Source: Macrostomum hystrix
Lineage: Eukaryota > Animalia > Platyhelminthes
Direction: 5' to 3'
Length of the DNA stretch: 64,000 nt
NCBI GenBank assembly: GCA_950097015.1
Contig: CATNEN010000026.1
Location: forward strand, 1,240,001 to 1,304,000
Numbering within the stretch: the first letter of the stretch is position 1; each line of letters opens with the position of its first letter. The position numbers and the translations under genes are program-made. Of the stretch, positions 22,633-35,153 are shown piece after piece. Under the pieces are notes generated by a model, which did not search any database, was not told the DNA's origin, and saw nothing but the letters and a program-made list of their open reading frames with translations.

Positions 22633-25600
22633 GACTATACTTAATTATTACTATTGTAGCCAGATTTATAAACTTGAACTGGAGCTTGTGGGCACCTATT
22701 GCCGTTTAGGAAAATTCAAGAAACCAACAATTGCAGTGCCACGCTTGGCCTCAACTACATGATTTTCGCACTACAAAGACTATACTTAATTACTATTGTA
22801 GCCCGATTTATAAACTTGAACTGGAGCTTGTGGGCACCTATTGCCGTTTAGGAAAATTCAAGAAACCAACAATTGCAGTGCCACGCTTGGCCTCAACTAC
22901 ATGATTTTCGCACTACAAAGACTATACTTAATTACTATTGTAGCCAGATTTATAAACTTGAACTGGAGCTTGTGGGCACCTATTGCCGTTTAGGAAAATT
23001 CAAGAAACCAACAATTGCAGTGCCACGCTTGGCCTCAACTACATGATTTTCGCACTACAAAGACTATACTTAATTACTATTGTAGCCAGATTTATAAACT
23101 TGAACTGGAGCTTGTGGGCACCTATTGCCGTTTAGGAAAATTCAAGAAACCAACAATTGCAGTGCCACGCTTGGCCTCAACTACATGATTTTCGCACTAC
23201 AAAGACTATACTTAATTACTATTGTAGCCAGATTTATAAACTTGAACTGGAGCTTGTGGGCACCTATTGCCGTTTAGGAAAATTCAAGAAACCAACAATT
23301 GCAGTGCCACGCTTGGCCTCAACTACATGATTTTCGCACTACAAAGACTATACTTAATTACTATTGTAGCCAGATTTATAAACTTGAACTGGAGCTTGTG
23401 GGCACCTATTGCCGTTTAGGAAAATTCAAGAAACCAACAATTGCAGTGCCACGCTTGGCCTCAACTACATGATTTTCGCACTACAAAGACTATACTTAAT
23501 TACTATTGTAGCCAGATTTATAAACTTGAACTGGAGCTTGTGGGCACCTATTGCCGTTTAGGAAAATTCAAGAAACCAACAATTGCAGTGCCACGCTTGG
23601 CCTCAACTACATGATTTTCGCACTACAAAGACTATACTTAATTACTATTGTAGCCAGATTTATAAACTTGAACTGGAGCTTGTGGGCACCTATTGCCGTT
23701 TAGGAAAATTCAAGAAACCAACAATTGCAGTGCCACGCTTGGCCTCAACTACATGATTTTCGCACTACAAAGACTATACTTAATTACTATTGTAGCCAGA
23801 TTTATAAACTTGAACTGGAGCTTGTGGGCACCTATTGCCGTTTAGGAAAATTCAAGAAACCAACAATTGCAGTGCCACGCTTGGCCTCAACTACATGATT
23901 TTCGCACTACAAAGACTATACTTAATTACTATTGTAGCCAGATTTATAAACTTGAACTGGAGCTTGTGGGCACCTATTGCCGTTTAGGAAAATTCAAGAA
24001 ACCAACAATTGGTGCCACGCTTGACCTCAACTACATGATTTTCGCACTTCAAAGACTATACTTAATTACTATTGTAGCCAGATTTATAAACTTGAACTGG
24101 AGCTTGTGGGCACCTATTGCCGTTTAGGAAAATTCAAGAAACCAACAATTGCAGTGCCACGCTTGGCCTCAACTACATGATTTTCGCACTACAAAGACTA
24201 TACTTAATTACTATTGTAGCCAGGTTTATAAACTTGAACTGGAGCTTGTGGGCACCTATTGCTGTTTAGGAAAATGCAAGAAACCAACAATTGGTGCCAC
24301 GCTTGACCTCAACTACATGATTTTCGCACTTCAAAGACTATACTTAATTACTATTGTAGCCAGATTTATAAACTTGAACTGGAGCTTGTGGGCACCTATT
24401 GCTGTTTAGGAAAATGCAAGAAACCAACAATTGGTGCCACGCTTGGCCTCAACTACATGATTTTCGCACTTCAAAGACTATACTTAATTACTATTGTAGC
24501 CAGATTTATAAACTTGAACTGGAGCTTGTGGGCACCTATTGCTGTTTAGGAAAATGCAAGAAACCAACAATTGGTGCCACGCTTGACCTCAACTACATGA
24601 TTTTCGCACTTCAAAGACTATACTTAATTACTATTGTAGCCAGATTTATAAACTTGAACTGGAGCTTGTGGGCACCTATTGCCGTTTAGGAAAATTCAAG
24701 AAACCAACAATTGCAGTGCCACGCTTGGCCTCAACTACATGATTTTCGCACTACAAAGACTATACTTAATTACTATTGTAGCCAGGTTTATAAACTTGAA
24801 CTGGAGCTTGTGGGCACCTATTGCTGTTTAGGAAAATGCAAGAAACCAACAATTGGTGCCACGCTTGACCTCAACTACATGATTTTCGCACTTCAAAGAC
24901 TATACTTAATTACTATTGTAGCCAGATTTATAAACTTGAACTGGAGCTTGTGGGCACCTATTGCCGTTTAGGAAAATTCAAGAAACCAACAATTGCAGTG
25001 CCACGCTTGGCCTCAACTACATGATTTTCGCACTTCAAAGACTATACTGAATTACTATTGTAGCCAGATTTATAAACTTGAACTGGAGCTTGTGGGCACC
25101 TATTGCTGTTTAGGAAAATGCAAGAAACCAACAATTGGTGCCACGCTTGACCTCAACTACATGATTTTCGCACTTCAAAGACTATACTTAATTACTATTG
25201 TAGCCAGATTTATAAACTTGAACTGGAGCTTGTGGGCACCTATTGCCGTTTAGGAAAATTCAAGAAACCAACAATTGCAGTGCCACGCTTGGCCTCAACT
25301 ACATGATTTTCGCACTACAAAGACTATACTTAATTACTATTGTAGCCAGGTTTATAAACTTGAACTGGAGCTTGTGGGCACCTATTGCTGTTTAGGAAAA
25401 TGCAAGAAACCAACAATTGGTGCCACGCTTGACCTCAACTACATGATTTTCGCACTTCAAAGACTATACTTAATTACTATTGTAGCCAGATTTATAAACT
25501 TGAACTGGAGCTTGTGGGCACCTATTGCCGTTTAGGAAAATTCAAGAAACCAACAATTGCAGTGCCACGCTTGGCCTCAACTACATGATTTTCGCACTTC

Positions 25601-26157
25601 AAAGACTATACTGAATTACTATTGTAGCCAGATTTATAAACTTGAACTGGAGCTTGTGGGCACCTATTGCTGTTTAGGAAAATGCAAGAAACCAACAATT
25701 GGTGCCACGCTTGACCTCAACTACATGATTTTCGCACTTCAAAGACTATACTTAATTACTATTGTAGCCAGATTTATAAACTTGAACTGGAGCTTGTGGG
25801 CACCTATTGCTGTTTAGGAAAATGCAAGAAACCAACAATTGGTGCCACGCTTGACCTCAACTACATGATTTTCGCACTTCAAAGACTATACTTAATTACT
25901 ATTGTAGCCAGATTTATAAACTTGAACTGGAGCTTGTGGGCACCTATTGCTGTTTAGGAAAATGCAAGAAACCAACAATTGGTGCCACGCTTGACCTCAA
26001 CTACATGATTTTCGCACTTCAAAGACTATACTTAATTACTATTGTAGCCAGATTTATAAACTTGAACTGGAGCTTGTGGGCACCTATTGCTGTTTAGGAA
26101 AATGCAAGAAACCAACAATTGGTGCCACGCTTGACCTCAACTACATGATTTTCGCAG
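22633..26157. repeat. 142/140-bp satellite, ~25 copies
   Basis: GACTATACTTAATTACTATTGTAGCC recurs at 22778 and 22920. The variants TTGCAGTGCC (142 bp) and TTGGTGCC (140 bp) give a 282-bp dimer period in the middle of the array. Confidence 0.97.
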
Positions 26158-26999
26158 CCAGTTTCCCAGTTTCCCCAGTTTCTCCAGTTTCCATGGAGAG
26201 ACCTGGCGTATATTGTTGTTGTTGTTGTTGTTGTTTCGCAGCACACAGACTACTTAATTATTACTATTGTAGCCAGAGTTATAAACTTTAACTGGGGCTC
26301 GAGCTTGTGGGCACCTATTGCCGTTTGCATGCACTTGTCACCACTGTCTGCTGTTGTTTGTGTCTCATGCTTGGTTTGCGTGCGACTGGGTTGGGCCGTC
26401 TGTCTGGGATCCCCCAAATCCCCAGCCCTGCAGGGTCTGGAAATTAGACTGCATGAACGCATATATAAGGAGCCGCGATATCAGACTGGTTCTTTACTGT
26501 GTGTTTCAATTCTGGCCTTACTTCTGCCTTTGAGTTATTACAACTTACTCAAGAAGCCGTTTACAAATTATCAGTAAGATATATACATGTAGCTTGTGGA
26601 TGCACAGCACGATTTTGTGAATGTCACACGATATGACATCCCTCAGAGAAACGGAAATTAAAGGGAAGCATTCTTCATGAACTTATACTCATCTATGAGC
26701 AAAATGAGGTGTGCAACGAAGCCAATAATGAGGTAAGTCAGAGTTTAACAAACACTAGCCCATATCAAAATAATAAATATATATGTGTGTGTATCTGGCT
26801 TAACCTAAAGTCAGTACAACTACTGTACCGTACTTTATGTTTGTCAGTAGATGAATCGGAGATAATCCGAGAATCCATCAATAAATTATTTTTATGAGGC
26901 CTATAAACCAATATCAAGAGCAATGTTTCAAAATACGGATATATGACTTAGTATTTATTTTTTAAGTTAGTAATCAGCACCAACAGCTTGGAACTTGAA

Positions 27000-27535
27000 A
27001 GTTCATTCAGTCCATTGTGCTAAGCTGTTTTCAAAAAGAAATGACGAAGCAAAACCAGCCTAGACAGTGTCTCGTCAGAAAGGATCGTGAACGAACTTTG
27101 GTCAGAAAAGTTCCACTGACCGAAAAGGCGCGCTCAGCTTCAACACTTGTCGGAGGGATGAGCATCACAGCTTCACGCTGCTGTGCAATGCGAAGAATCT
27201 CTCGACCAATGCGACTCTCCAGTGACATGCAGTGTGTTTTAGGCTTAGAGCTCTTCTCTAGGAATGACTTCACTTGATCAGCCAGACCGCTTTCATCTGC
27301 CACATCATCATTGTCGTCACCATAATGGGCATTTGTGGCTGAACTCAAATCAATGGAAGCTGAACTGGTGTCTTTATCAGTAGCAACTTGGGCAGCATCT
27401 TCAGCTGCATATAGGTTTAACTTACTAGCCAGTGTGATCAGTGAATACTTCACAGCATTTAACTCACTTTGTGAGTCAGTGATTCCATACCGAGATAAAA
27501 ATCAGGCGAATCGCGATTCGAGACTAGAAGCAATC
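27000..27535 (-). pseudogene. hAT transposase C-terminal remnant
   Basis: LIPPTSVEAERAFSVSGTFLTKVRSR is the hAT dimerisation motif. A frameshift follows, and SDETLSRLVLLRHFF continues in another frame. There is an in-frame TGA near 27505. No termini were identified. Confidence 0.8.
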
Positions 27536-28689
27536 TGAATTAAACAAAGCATCTCAAAATTTTCTCATTTACACGTTGCATGAGCAGTTGCTTAACTTTA
27601 TACTCGCAATCAGGCATGAGTCGCTTTCTGTTATTTTTGTAATTAAAAAACACAAAAACAATAAAAAGCACAGCTAAGCAAGAGTGAGAAGATAAGCAAA
27701 AAAGGCGTTCGACAGGGTGACGGAAAAAAATCTCGTTTATAAGGTGAGCGGCATGTTGAATCAAAGGCTCATAGGCTCATAGATTCGTAGCAAAAGCCGT
27801 AGCAGGAATCGTTGCCAGAATCGCAGCACAGCAGTACAAGATTGAGCACAGAGAAGCAATAATGAGCACATAAGCAATAATGAGCACAAATAAGCAATAA
27901 TGAGCACAGATTAAGCAGGAGCACATACAAAAGCGGGCGCAACAGGAGAAAGATTCAGTCTTTAAAATTTCATCAACTTTCGGCGGACAAACCGTTACTG
28001 TTGATTGCGACTGATTACATTTGACTACTGTGCATGGGTCTGTGCAAAGTCTGCAAAATACCTTATTTCTGTAAATGTATTAATTTTGGACTGCTCCTGC
28101 ACAGCCCTCTGTTATGTATATTTGTATTATTGCATCCCATGCTTGGCTTGGATCAGTGATGCATCCTACATGTGGAAGTCAGTCACGAATTTCCCCTCTC
28201 AATCGGCAAGTAATCGGCGAGACAGCTTGCCACCTGTCTCACTGAGGTCAGTCCAGGGTTTGCACTTTCTCAACACGCAAGTCAGGCGTCGGTGAGGCAG
28301 GTCTGCGGATCCAATATCGGCAGCACGGGTGTCACCTGGCCTTGCTTCCGTCTGCCGGTGGCGCCACCGCCGCTTCCGCCGCGACGCCGCCTCCGCCACC
28401 GAAGCCGCCAACCCAGGCAGCAGACGTCCAGGCCCATTCGCTTGACCTCCGGTTTCGAGCGCAGCTCCGTGATCAGGTTGGTCTGCAGCAGCTCCTGTAG
28501 AAGGTCCTGGCGGGACAAGCCTGGAGCTGATGGATTGTCCAAGTTGACAACCAAGTTTGAGAGCCCGTTGATGCGTCTGATGAAGACTATACGTGTCGGT
28601 AGGCCTGTTTGAGTAGTGCAGGTGAGTACGGGCTTGATGTCTAACAGGTACCATGCCAAGCAGAACAGGTGAACACTGTGTCTAACAGA

Positions 28690-28870
28690 ACAGGTGATCA
28701 CAGGCTCTGTCTAACAGGTGACGCTCTCTGTCTAACAGTTGACGCTGTCGGCCTAACAAATGACGCTCTTTGTCTAACAGGTGACGCTCTTTGTCTACCA
28801 GGTGGCGCTCTCTGTCTAACAATTGACGCTGTCGGCCTAACAAATGACGCTCTTGGTCTAACAGGTATTT
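28690..28870. repeat. 21-bp minisatellite (GTCTAACAGGTGACGCTCTCT-like)
   Basis: About 8 degenerate tandem copies. Confidence 0.85.
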
Positions 28871-29844
28871 CTAACAGAAATGAATTCCAGAATGACAGAT
28901 TTAGAATGACAAATGAATTCCAGAATGACTAGTGATGGACAGATTAAAACAGGACTTGATCTTCATTCATATTCACATTAGAAAATGTCAAGTAACTTAC
29001 TGGAAATGCAGGCGCATCACTGATCTAGACCACAGGTCGAAGAGAGGTAGCCACGTGGCTAGTGCACTAGGCAGAATCGCACATCAAGAGTCAGCAGCTG
29101 CCATCAGACACAAGTTAATCCTGGAATGGTGCAGGCTTTAGCACAACGTATTAATAATGTCAAATCAAAGTGAATGAAGTACTGCGATAAAATGACTCCG
29201 TGATGGCAAAGGAAAGAAGATTAAAGGCAACACAATTATCCAAAAATAGGCTTCAGGCCATCCACCATCCACCATTCACGCGAAGCATAAAAGACTTGGC
29301 CTTTGCAGAAATATTTAATAGTATTCAGCGGTACTTGTAACTGTCTAAATAGACACTTGTACAAGCCTTCCGCACAAGTAGGAGATGCAAGTTGGGCGAA
29401 TGTTTATGAGTTCGATTTTTCAGACACGGTTTACATATTCGAGAAACAGTAATTGACTTTTGTCTAAATTTATTCTTGTCAAAAGGTGTGTTTGAGATCG
29501 ACCCATTTTATTTTTAAATACAAGGCTGCTTTGCTGATCGGGCTATTTGTATTTAGCAGAATTTAATTTGTAAGAAATTCATAAAGTACACTTTTCCTAT
29601 TGTCTTAAATCATGTCATTCAATTACCATAGTGTTCGCTTTAATTATCTGTTTTTTGAGCCAAGAAAAGTTGAAAAAATTCTTTCTGAAGAAGAGAAGCT
29701 TTAGAAACAAATATTAGTTTTAAAAAATTTCACGATAAGTCGTTTATCTCTACGACTTAGAGACGAAAAACAATTATATAGGGTGCGTACGAAAACAATT
29801 ATAACTATCTAATTATAATTATAACTTCCACCAATAATTGGAGA

Positions 29845-30006
29845 GGCAATCTTCGGCTGAATATGCGGACTTTGACTATAACTATAAATCAACTATATAA
29901 TCAACTGTAAATAATCAACTAATAATCAACTAATAATCAACTATGAATATTCAACTATATATAATATTAAAATATCCTAAGTCCGCAGATTCAGCCGAAG
30001 ATTGCC
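29845..30006. mobile_element. Small MITE-like element / 28-bp inverted repeat pair
   Basis: GGCAATCTTCGGCTGAATATGCGGACTT pairs with AAGTCCGCAGATTCAGCCGAAGATTGCC (1 mismatch) around an AT-rich ACTATA(A)TCA core. No TSD was found. Confidence 0.55.
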
Positions 30007-30060
30007 CGATCTAAGGCGTCTTAGTCTTAGGCGTATTCTTCTTCTTTTTCTCTCCGCGAC

Positions 30061-30061
<1 letters not shown>

Positions 30062-30096
<35 letters not shown>
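30062..30096. repeat. (GGC)11 microsatellite
   Basis: Read directly from the sequence. Confidence 0.95.
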
Positions 30097-30099
<3 letters not shown>

Positions 30100-32289
30100 A
30101 TCCACCATATTCTGGAATTTTGCATTAAATGCAAATTTTTTTATAAATGAGCAATAACAATAATGTGTTGTAAGGCATGCTCTGTGGAAAAGTTAGCCCA
30201 TTTAAATGGGCATCAGAAAGTCAGAATTAAAATGAGATTTTTTATGACCGAGCAACAACAGTTATGAAACGACTTGCTTTCTAGGAAATATGGTTTCTAT
30301 TCTGCATGTTATGAGGGACCATTTAAATTAACGTTTCGCGGTCAATTTCTATGAAGACAAGGGTTACGTCAAGTTATAAATTGCTTGTTTCACAGTATAA
30401 AAGCGAGGCATTTTGTGAAAGCGGAGAATATTGAAATTTAGCAGAATACAATATGAAGTAATGTGCAGAGCTGGACAAGTGTTACTGCTAATCACAGGCT
30501 TGGGGAGGCAGTATGAGTCTGCTGTTTGTTTTATGTTTGACTTGCACAGTCGAAGTGTTTGACTCAAACAATATGAATCTACTGCTCTCAACCCAGTGCC
30601 GATGTCCTAACTTGTCAGCTTGGCTCATAGCTAATATGTGACCTGCTATGATCATCACTAAATGAATGCACCCTCATTCTATTCACGTATTAAAATGTAC
30701 ACCTCTAAGAGTATAAAGTTTCAGTGTATTATAAATAGTGAGCTATCCAAGCCTTTTTACATAGGCTACAGAGTTTATGCTTATCTTAATAAGTCTTAAT
30801 ATTAGGAAAAAAAACTGTATAGTGGGTCTATACGCATAGCTTATTGGCTGGCCACTCGTCATAATTGTATAGAAACAATGCATTATTCTAAATGAAATTA
30901 GGACCCAGGAATATAAATTCTTATTAAGATTTCCAAGCAACTACTGGGATATGGGATCTATGACCTGGGAGCCTAGGATCAAGGACTAGTATTGCCATTG
31001 CAGTTTGGCCTTTTTTCTGTAGCCCTAAAAAAATTCCGCAGGGCTTAATTCTATGATTGAATTGATAATTAGTGGAATATGTAATCCAAAGTAAACTAAT
31101 TGACTATTGTATATCCACTTCCAAAAATGGTATTATCAGTATGGTATACTTGCCAATTTGCACCCACTTCATAGGTCACATATTTAAAAGAATTGTGCTT
31201 TTAAATGAAAGATTGAATAAAATGAGGGGAAGAAATAAGAAAATTGGAACCAAAGTCTAACATCTGTCATCTATAGGGTAATGTATCATCAACCAAACAA
31301 GAATGTGTATTTTTTAACTTCGAACCTAAGCTACAGATTTTCTATTTAAGATATGATGATAAATCAAAAGCCAAGTTATAGAAAACAGTTACATCTTTCT
31401 AAAAAGTGTCTGCTTTTGCTATTTTGTCAAATAGAAAAAAGTTATTCCTGTAACTAGGTTTCATCTAAAACCTAACAATGATTTTCATGTATCTTCAAAC
31501 CAAATGGAGAAGTTGGTGTTTGGTTTTACAATTTGAGTGAGTGGTTTAATCTTATTTTGCCATATGAAGTGCTGTCAAAGTGTAGACTACAATTCTGTGT
31601 AAGCTAGAAGGATAGGAATGTGAGGGATGGGAATGTGAGTGAATAGGAATGGGAGGAAGGGAAAAGGATCCCTGTGGCCCCGTGGCACTTGGGTGCCGCA
31701 GCCCCTCATGCAGCAGCTACATGAGTTTAATACTCTGGCACCTTCTATTTGCTGCTGAGCATAGCTCACACAGGTAGGAAACATTGGCAACTATAAAAAT
31801 TTCTGCTACATATTTTTAATGCCATCCAAACAAAAATAACTGCCTATGTCCCATAGCTACTGAACTTGAGCTCTGAGTGAGCATGGACATGGTCAGGTTT
31901 ATTAAATGTTTTTAGTGGGATCACATTTTTCACATTGCTTGAATGGGGAGTAGGTTATCTAGGGAATATAAGATCTATGGACACTGACCTATTAGGACAG
32001 GGTTGGTAACCATTTTTATCTTGTAGGCCAGATAGAGATTTGAGCACATGGGTCATGGCTTATGAACACATGGAAGAAGTGGAAGTGTAAGTAGAAGAGT
32101 AGAAGCTTAGAGGGTGGAGTGGAGAGGAGGCTGCATTGGGTGGGGTTGGGTTTGGTAGATTTGGGCTAGATTTAGTAAGCCATGCAAGTAAAGTATGGGG
32201 TAGATATCTGCTCCTGTCCTGTCTGTCTACCTGTCTGTCTGCCTACCTGCCTGCCTGCCTGCTTGCCTGAGGGCACTGGTCCCCTCTAT

Positions 32290-32582
32290 AACAGGGGGGC
32301 ACTGACCCCTCTCTAGCAGGGAGGGCACTGATCACTCTAGCAGGGAGGGAACTGGCCCCTCTAGCAGGGAGGGCACTGACCCCTCTCTAGCAGGGAGGGC
32401 ACTGATCACTCTAGCAGGGAGGGAACTGGCCCCTCTAGCAGGGAGGGCACTGACCCCTCTCTAGCAGGGAGGGCACTGATCACTCTAGCAGGGAGGGAAC
32501 TGGCCCCTCTAGCAGGGAGGGCACTGACCCCTCTCTAGCAGGGAGGGCACTGACCCCTCTCTAGCAAGGAGGGCACTGACCA
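32290..32582. repeat. ~24-27-bp minisatellite (CTCTAGCAGGGAGGGCACTGACCC-like)
   Basis: About 11 tandem copies in three alternating variants. Confidence 0.9.
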
Positions 32583-33584
32583 CTTTCCAATCCCACGATC
32601 CCCTTTCCAATCCCATGATCTCAATTCTAATCCCATGATCTCAATTCTCTCCTCTCTGCCCCTTACTCCCTCCTGTCTGCCCGAATTAAACAATGAACAA
32701 TATAAACAATCCACAATACGAAAATAGTCAATAATATAGTCAACAAAATTAGCCATTTTTAATAAAAGAAACGAAATAATGATGTTTAGTTGTTCCTTGG
32801 TCTTTAATAAAGAGGAGAGTTAGGGAGAATGCGATGAGAATATGTTCTTCTCAGAGTTCTTCTGTTTTTCTCAATCTCAGATAGTCTTTGCAAAGCTCAA
32901 CGTTATAAAAATAAAGATGGACTAAAGTTTATTAGATTCGATAAACAATTTTCTTTCTTAGTGGAATCAACAAGTCCACTGTCTAATGACAAAATAGTTT
33001 GAGAGTCGAGACTGAACGAGCGTCTTTTTCTGGTCTTGTGTTAAATAGATGGTGTGATATGCAGGACACCATAATAGGCAAGCCAGGAGCCTCAAGACAG
33101 AGAGGACACGCGATTATGGGGTTTGGGAAATGGGGTGGGTGTCATTAAATGAATCACAGCGAATCGCACGCGAATATGGGGTTTTGGGAATGGGGTGGGT
33201 GTTAAATGACTGACAAATATTTTTGGTTTGGAAGGATCGATAAATTAAACGGCCGTTAGTTTGGCTCGGTGTGAGAAGGGTTTAGTCAAAGGACCCCTAT
33301 ATAGCAGCATCTGCACTGGAAGCTAAACGGAAAAGTTTAGTTTGTAGTTAAAATTAGTAGTTATTTGCAAGGACTACTAGAGTAGAAGGACGCGACACTT
33401 GAAGACTATGTAAATTTTATTAAAGGCCACTTTTCTAAGCGATGTCTTTTTTAAACGGATGCACATAGAAATTTACTTTTTTCGCTGGGACCTTCGAAAT
33501 TTATTGCCCTTGAAGATAAAATACATTTGCGTCTGGATAAACATATTTTTTAAACTCGCTAATCTGATGGCCCCTGCTACCCCT

Positions 33585-33810
33585 GATGTGGGATAACTGC
33601 TGAAGTGGGATAACTGCTGCACTGGGAAAACTGCAGAAGTTGAATTACTGGATGAAGTTAGATAACTGCTGAAGTAAGATAACAGGTTAAGTGGGATTAC
33701 TCCTGAAGTGGGCTATCTGATGAAATGGGATTTCTGCCGATATGGGATAACTGTAGATGGGGGATAACTGGTGAAAGGGGATAGCTGCTTAAGGGGATAT
33801 CTGATGAAGT
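33585..33810. repeat. Degenerate ~17-bp repeat GTGGGATAACTGCTGAA
   Basis: About 12 degenerate copies; related copies at ~34365-34450. Confidence 0.7.
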
Positions 33811-34607
33811 GACGAATTTAGTTAGTGACGAATTTTTTAATAACTGAATAATTCGGGGCGGCTTAATTGCTATTCACATTCTAAAATTAAAATTTGGACT
33901 GGAAGCGGAGCTGATATCTTCCTTTTTTCTAAGACTTGTGGCCAATAAAATTGCCCGATTTACACAGGGGCAGGGCAGATAGACAGGATCAGGCACACAT
34001 AGACAGAAAATAGCGTATATATTTTTTGGCTGGACCGACTTTTCCAAATTTTTGCTTCCCCAGAACTCACCAAAAAGCGATGCCGCCGCCTCCTGGCGGC
34101 CCGCCCGGGCCCCAATGCCAGGGCGGCATGAATCCAAAATTTCTGCAAAATACAAGGCCTTCTGGCAATTGAATTGATTTAGAGAATTCCATCATTAGCT
34201 GTGAATCAGACAAAAAATTAACTTACCCTCGGCAAAAGGCGGACAAGCTCCGGAGCTTTACCTGCTCCATCAGGAGCAGGTAAGCTCGCACGCTGTCTCT
34301 CTGCAAATTTATAAAACAAAAAATATAGAGCAAGGACGAAGGACGGTTGTTAGTACAATCCTGTATAACTGATAAACGGGGATAACTCATGAAATGGGAT
34401 AACTAATGAACGGGGATGATTGCATGATAAAGTCAATAACTGAAGAAGTGGGATTTTGGAGAAGGATTTGGGATCAGAGAAGGACTTTGGATCTGGGATT
34501 AAAGCTGTAAATCCCAAAACCCCGAATCAACGAATAAATGCATATTTCTGCTATTGACTGCACTGAAGAATTAATTTATAAAGTTAGGAGGGTCACTGTC
34601 AACAGCA

Positions 34608-35153
34608 CTATTTAAAGGCACAGAAACTCACATTCATCTTCCAATTTCGCCACTTGCGGCCTCCCCGATGATGAGGGCGGCCGCGGCGAATCTGCTGCTG
34701 GGGATGGGGGGGAGGGTGGGCTGGGCCTGGGTTGGGTTGGGGAGGGATGGGACGGGCTGGACGGGGGGGTTGGCCGACTGGGGCAGGGGTGGTAAGGGTG
34801 GGTTGTGGGCCTGGGTTGGGTTGAGGAGGGATGGGGCGGGCTGGACGGGGCGGTTGGCCGACTGGGGCAGGGGTGGTGAGGGTGGGTTGTGGGCCTGGGT
34901 TGGGTTGAGGAGGGATGGGGCGGGCTGGAAGGTTGGGTTGGGCGGGGAGAAGAGGGCGGACTGGGGCAGGGGCAGGCTGGGTCGGGATCGGGGGGGGAGC
35001 GCCGGCCACCCGGGCATATGAAGCCCTGGTGGCCGGCCTGGACGGTGGCGGCGAAGGCGGCGGCGTTGGCGGTGGCGGGGGGCGGGGCGGGGCCCGCAAG
35101 GGACGGGCGTCGGCCCGACCCTTTTTTCTGCCGGCCGATTTTTTCTTTGATGC
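34608..35153 (-). CDS. Putative terminal exon encoding a Pro-rich protein with basic ends (function unknown)
   Basis: Acceptor ATTTCAG is followed by an open frame ASKKKSAGRKKGRADARPLRAPPRPPPP...SYARVAG, a 28-aa repeat (x~2.5), and RRGRPHHRGGRKWRNWK...stop. GC-rich island in AT-rich flanks. The frame and upstream exons are uncertain. Confidence 0.4.
   Translation of the reverse strand, partial: ASKKKSAGRKKGRADARPLRAPPRPPPPPTPPPSPPPSRPATRASYARVAGAPPPIPTQPAPAPVRPLLPAQPNLPARPIPPQPNPGPQPTLTTPAPVGQPPRPARPIPPQPNPGPQPTLTTPAPVGQPPRPARPIPPQPNPGPAHPPPHPQQQIRRGRPHHRGGRKWRNWKMNVSFCAFK

Noticed and set aside
23867-25817. Repeated 86-96-aa ORFs
   Set aside because: They are artefacts of the 142/140-bp satellite and have no protein-like features.
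20965-26157. CRISPR-like regular repeats
   Set aside because: The units are tandem with no unique spacers, there are no cas genes, and the context is eukaryotic.
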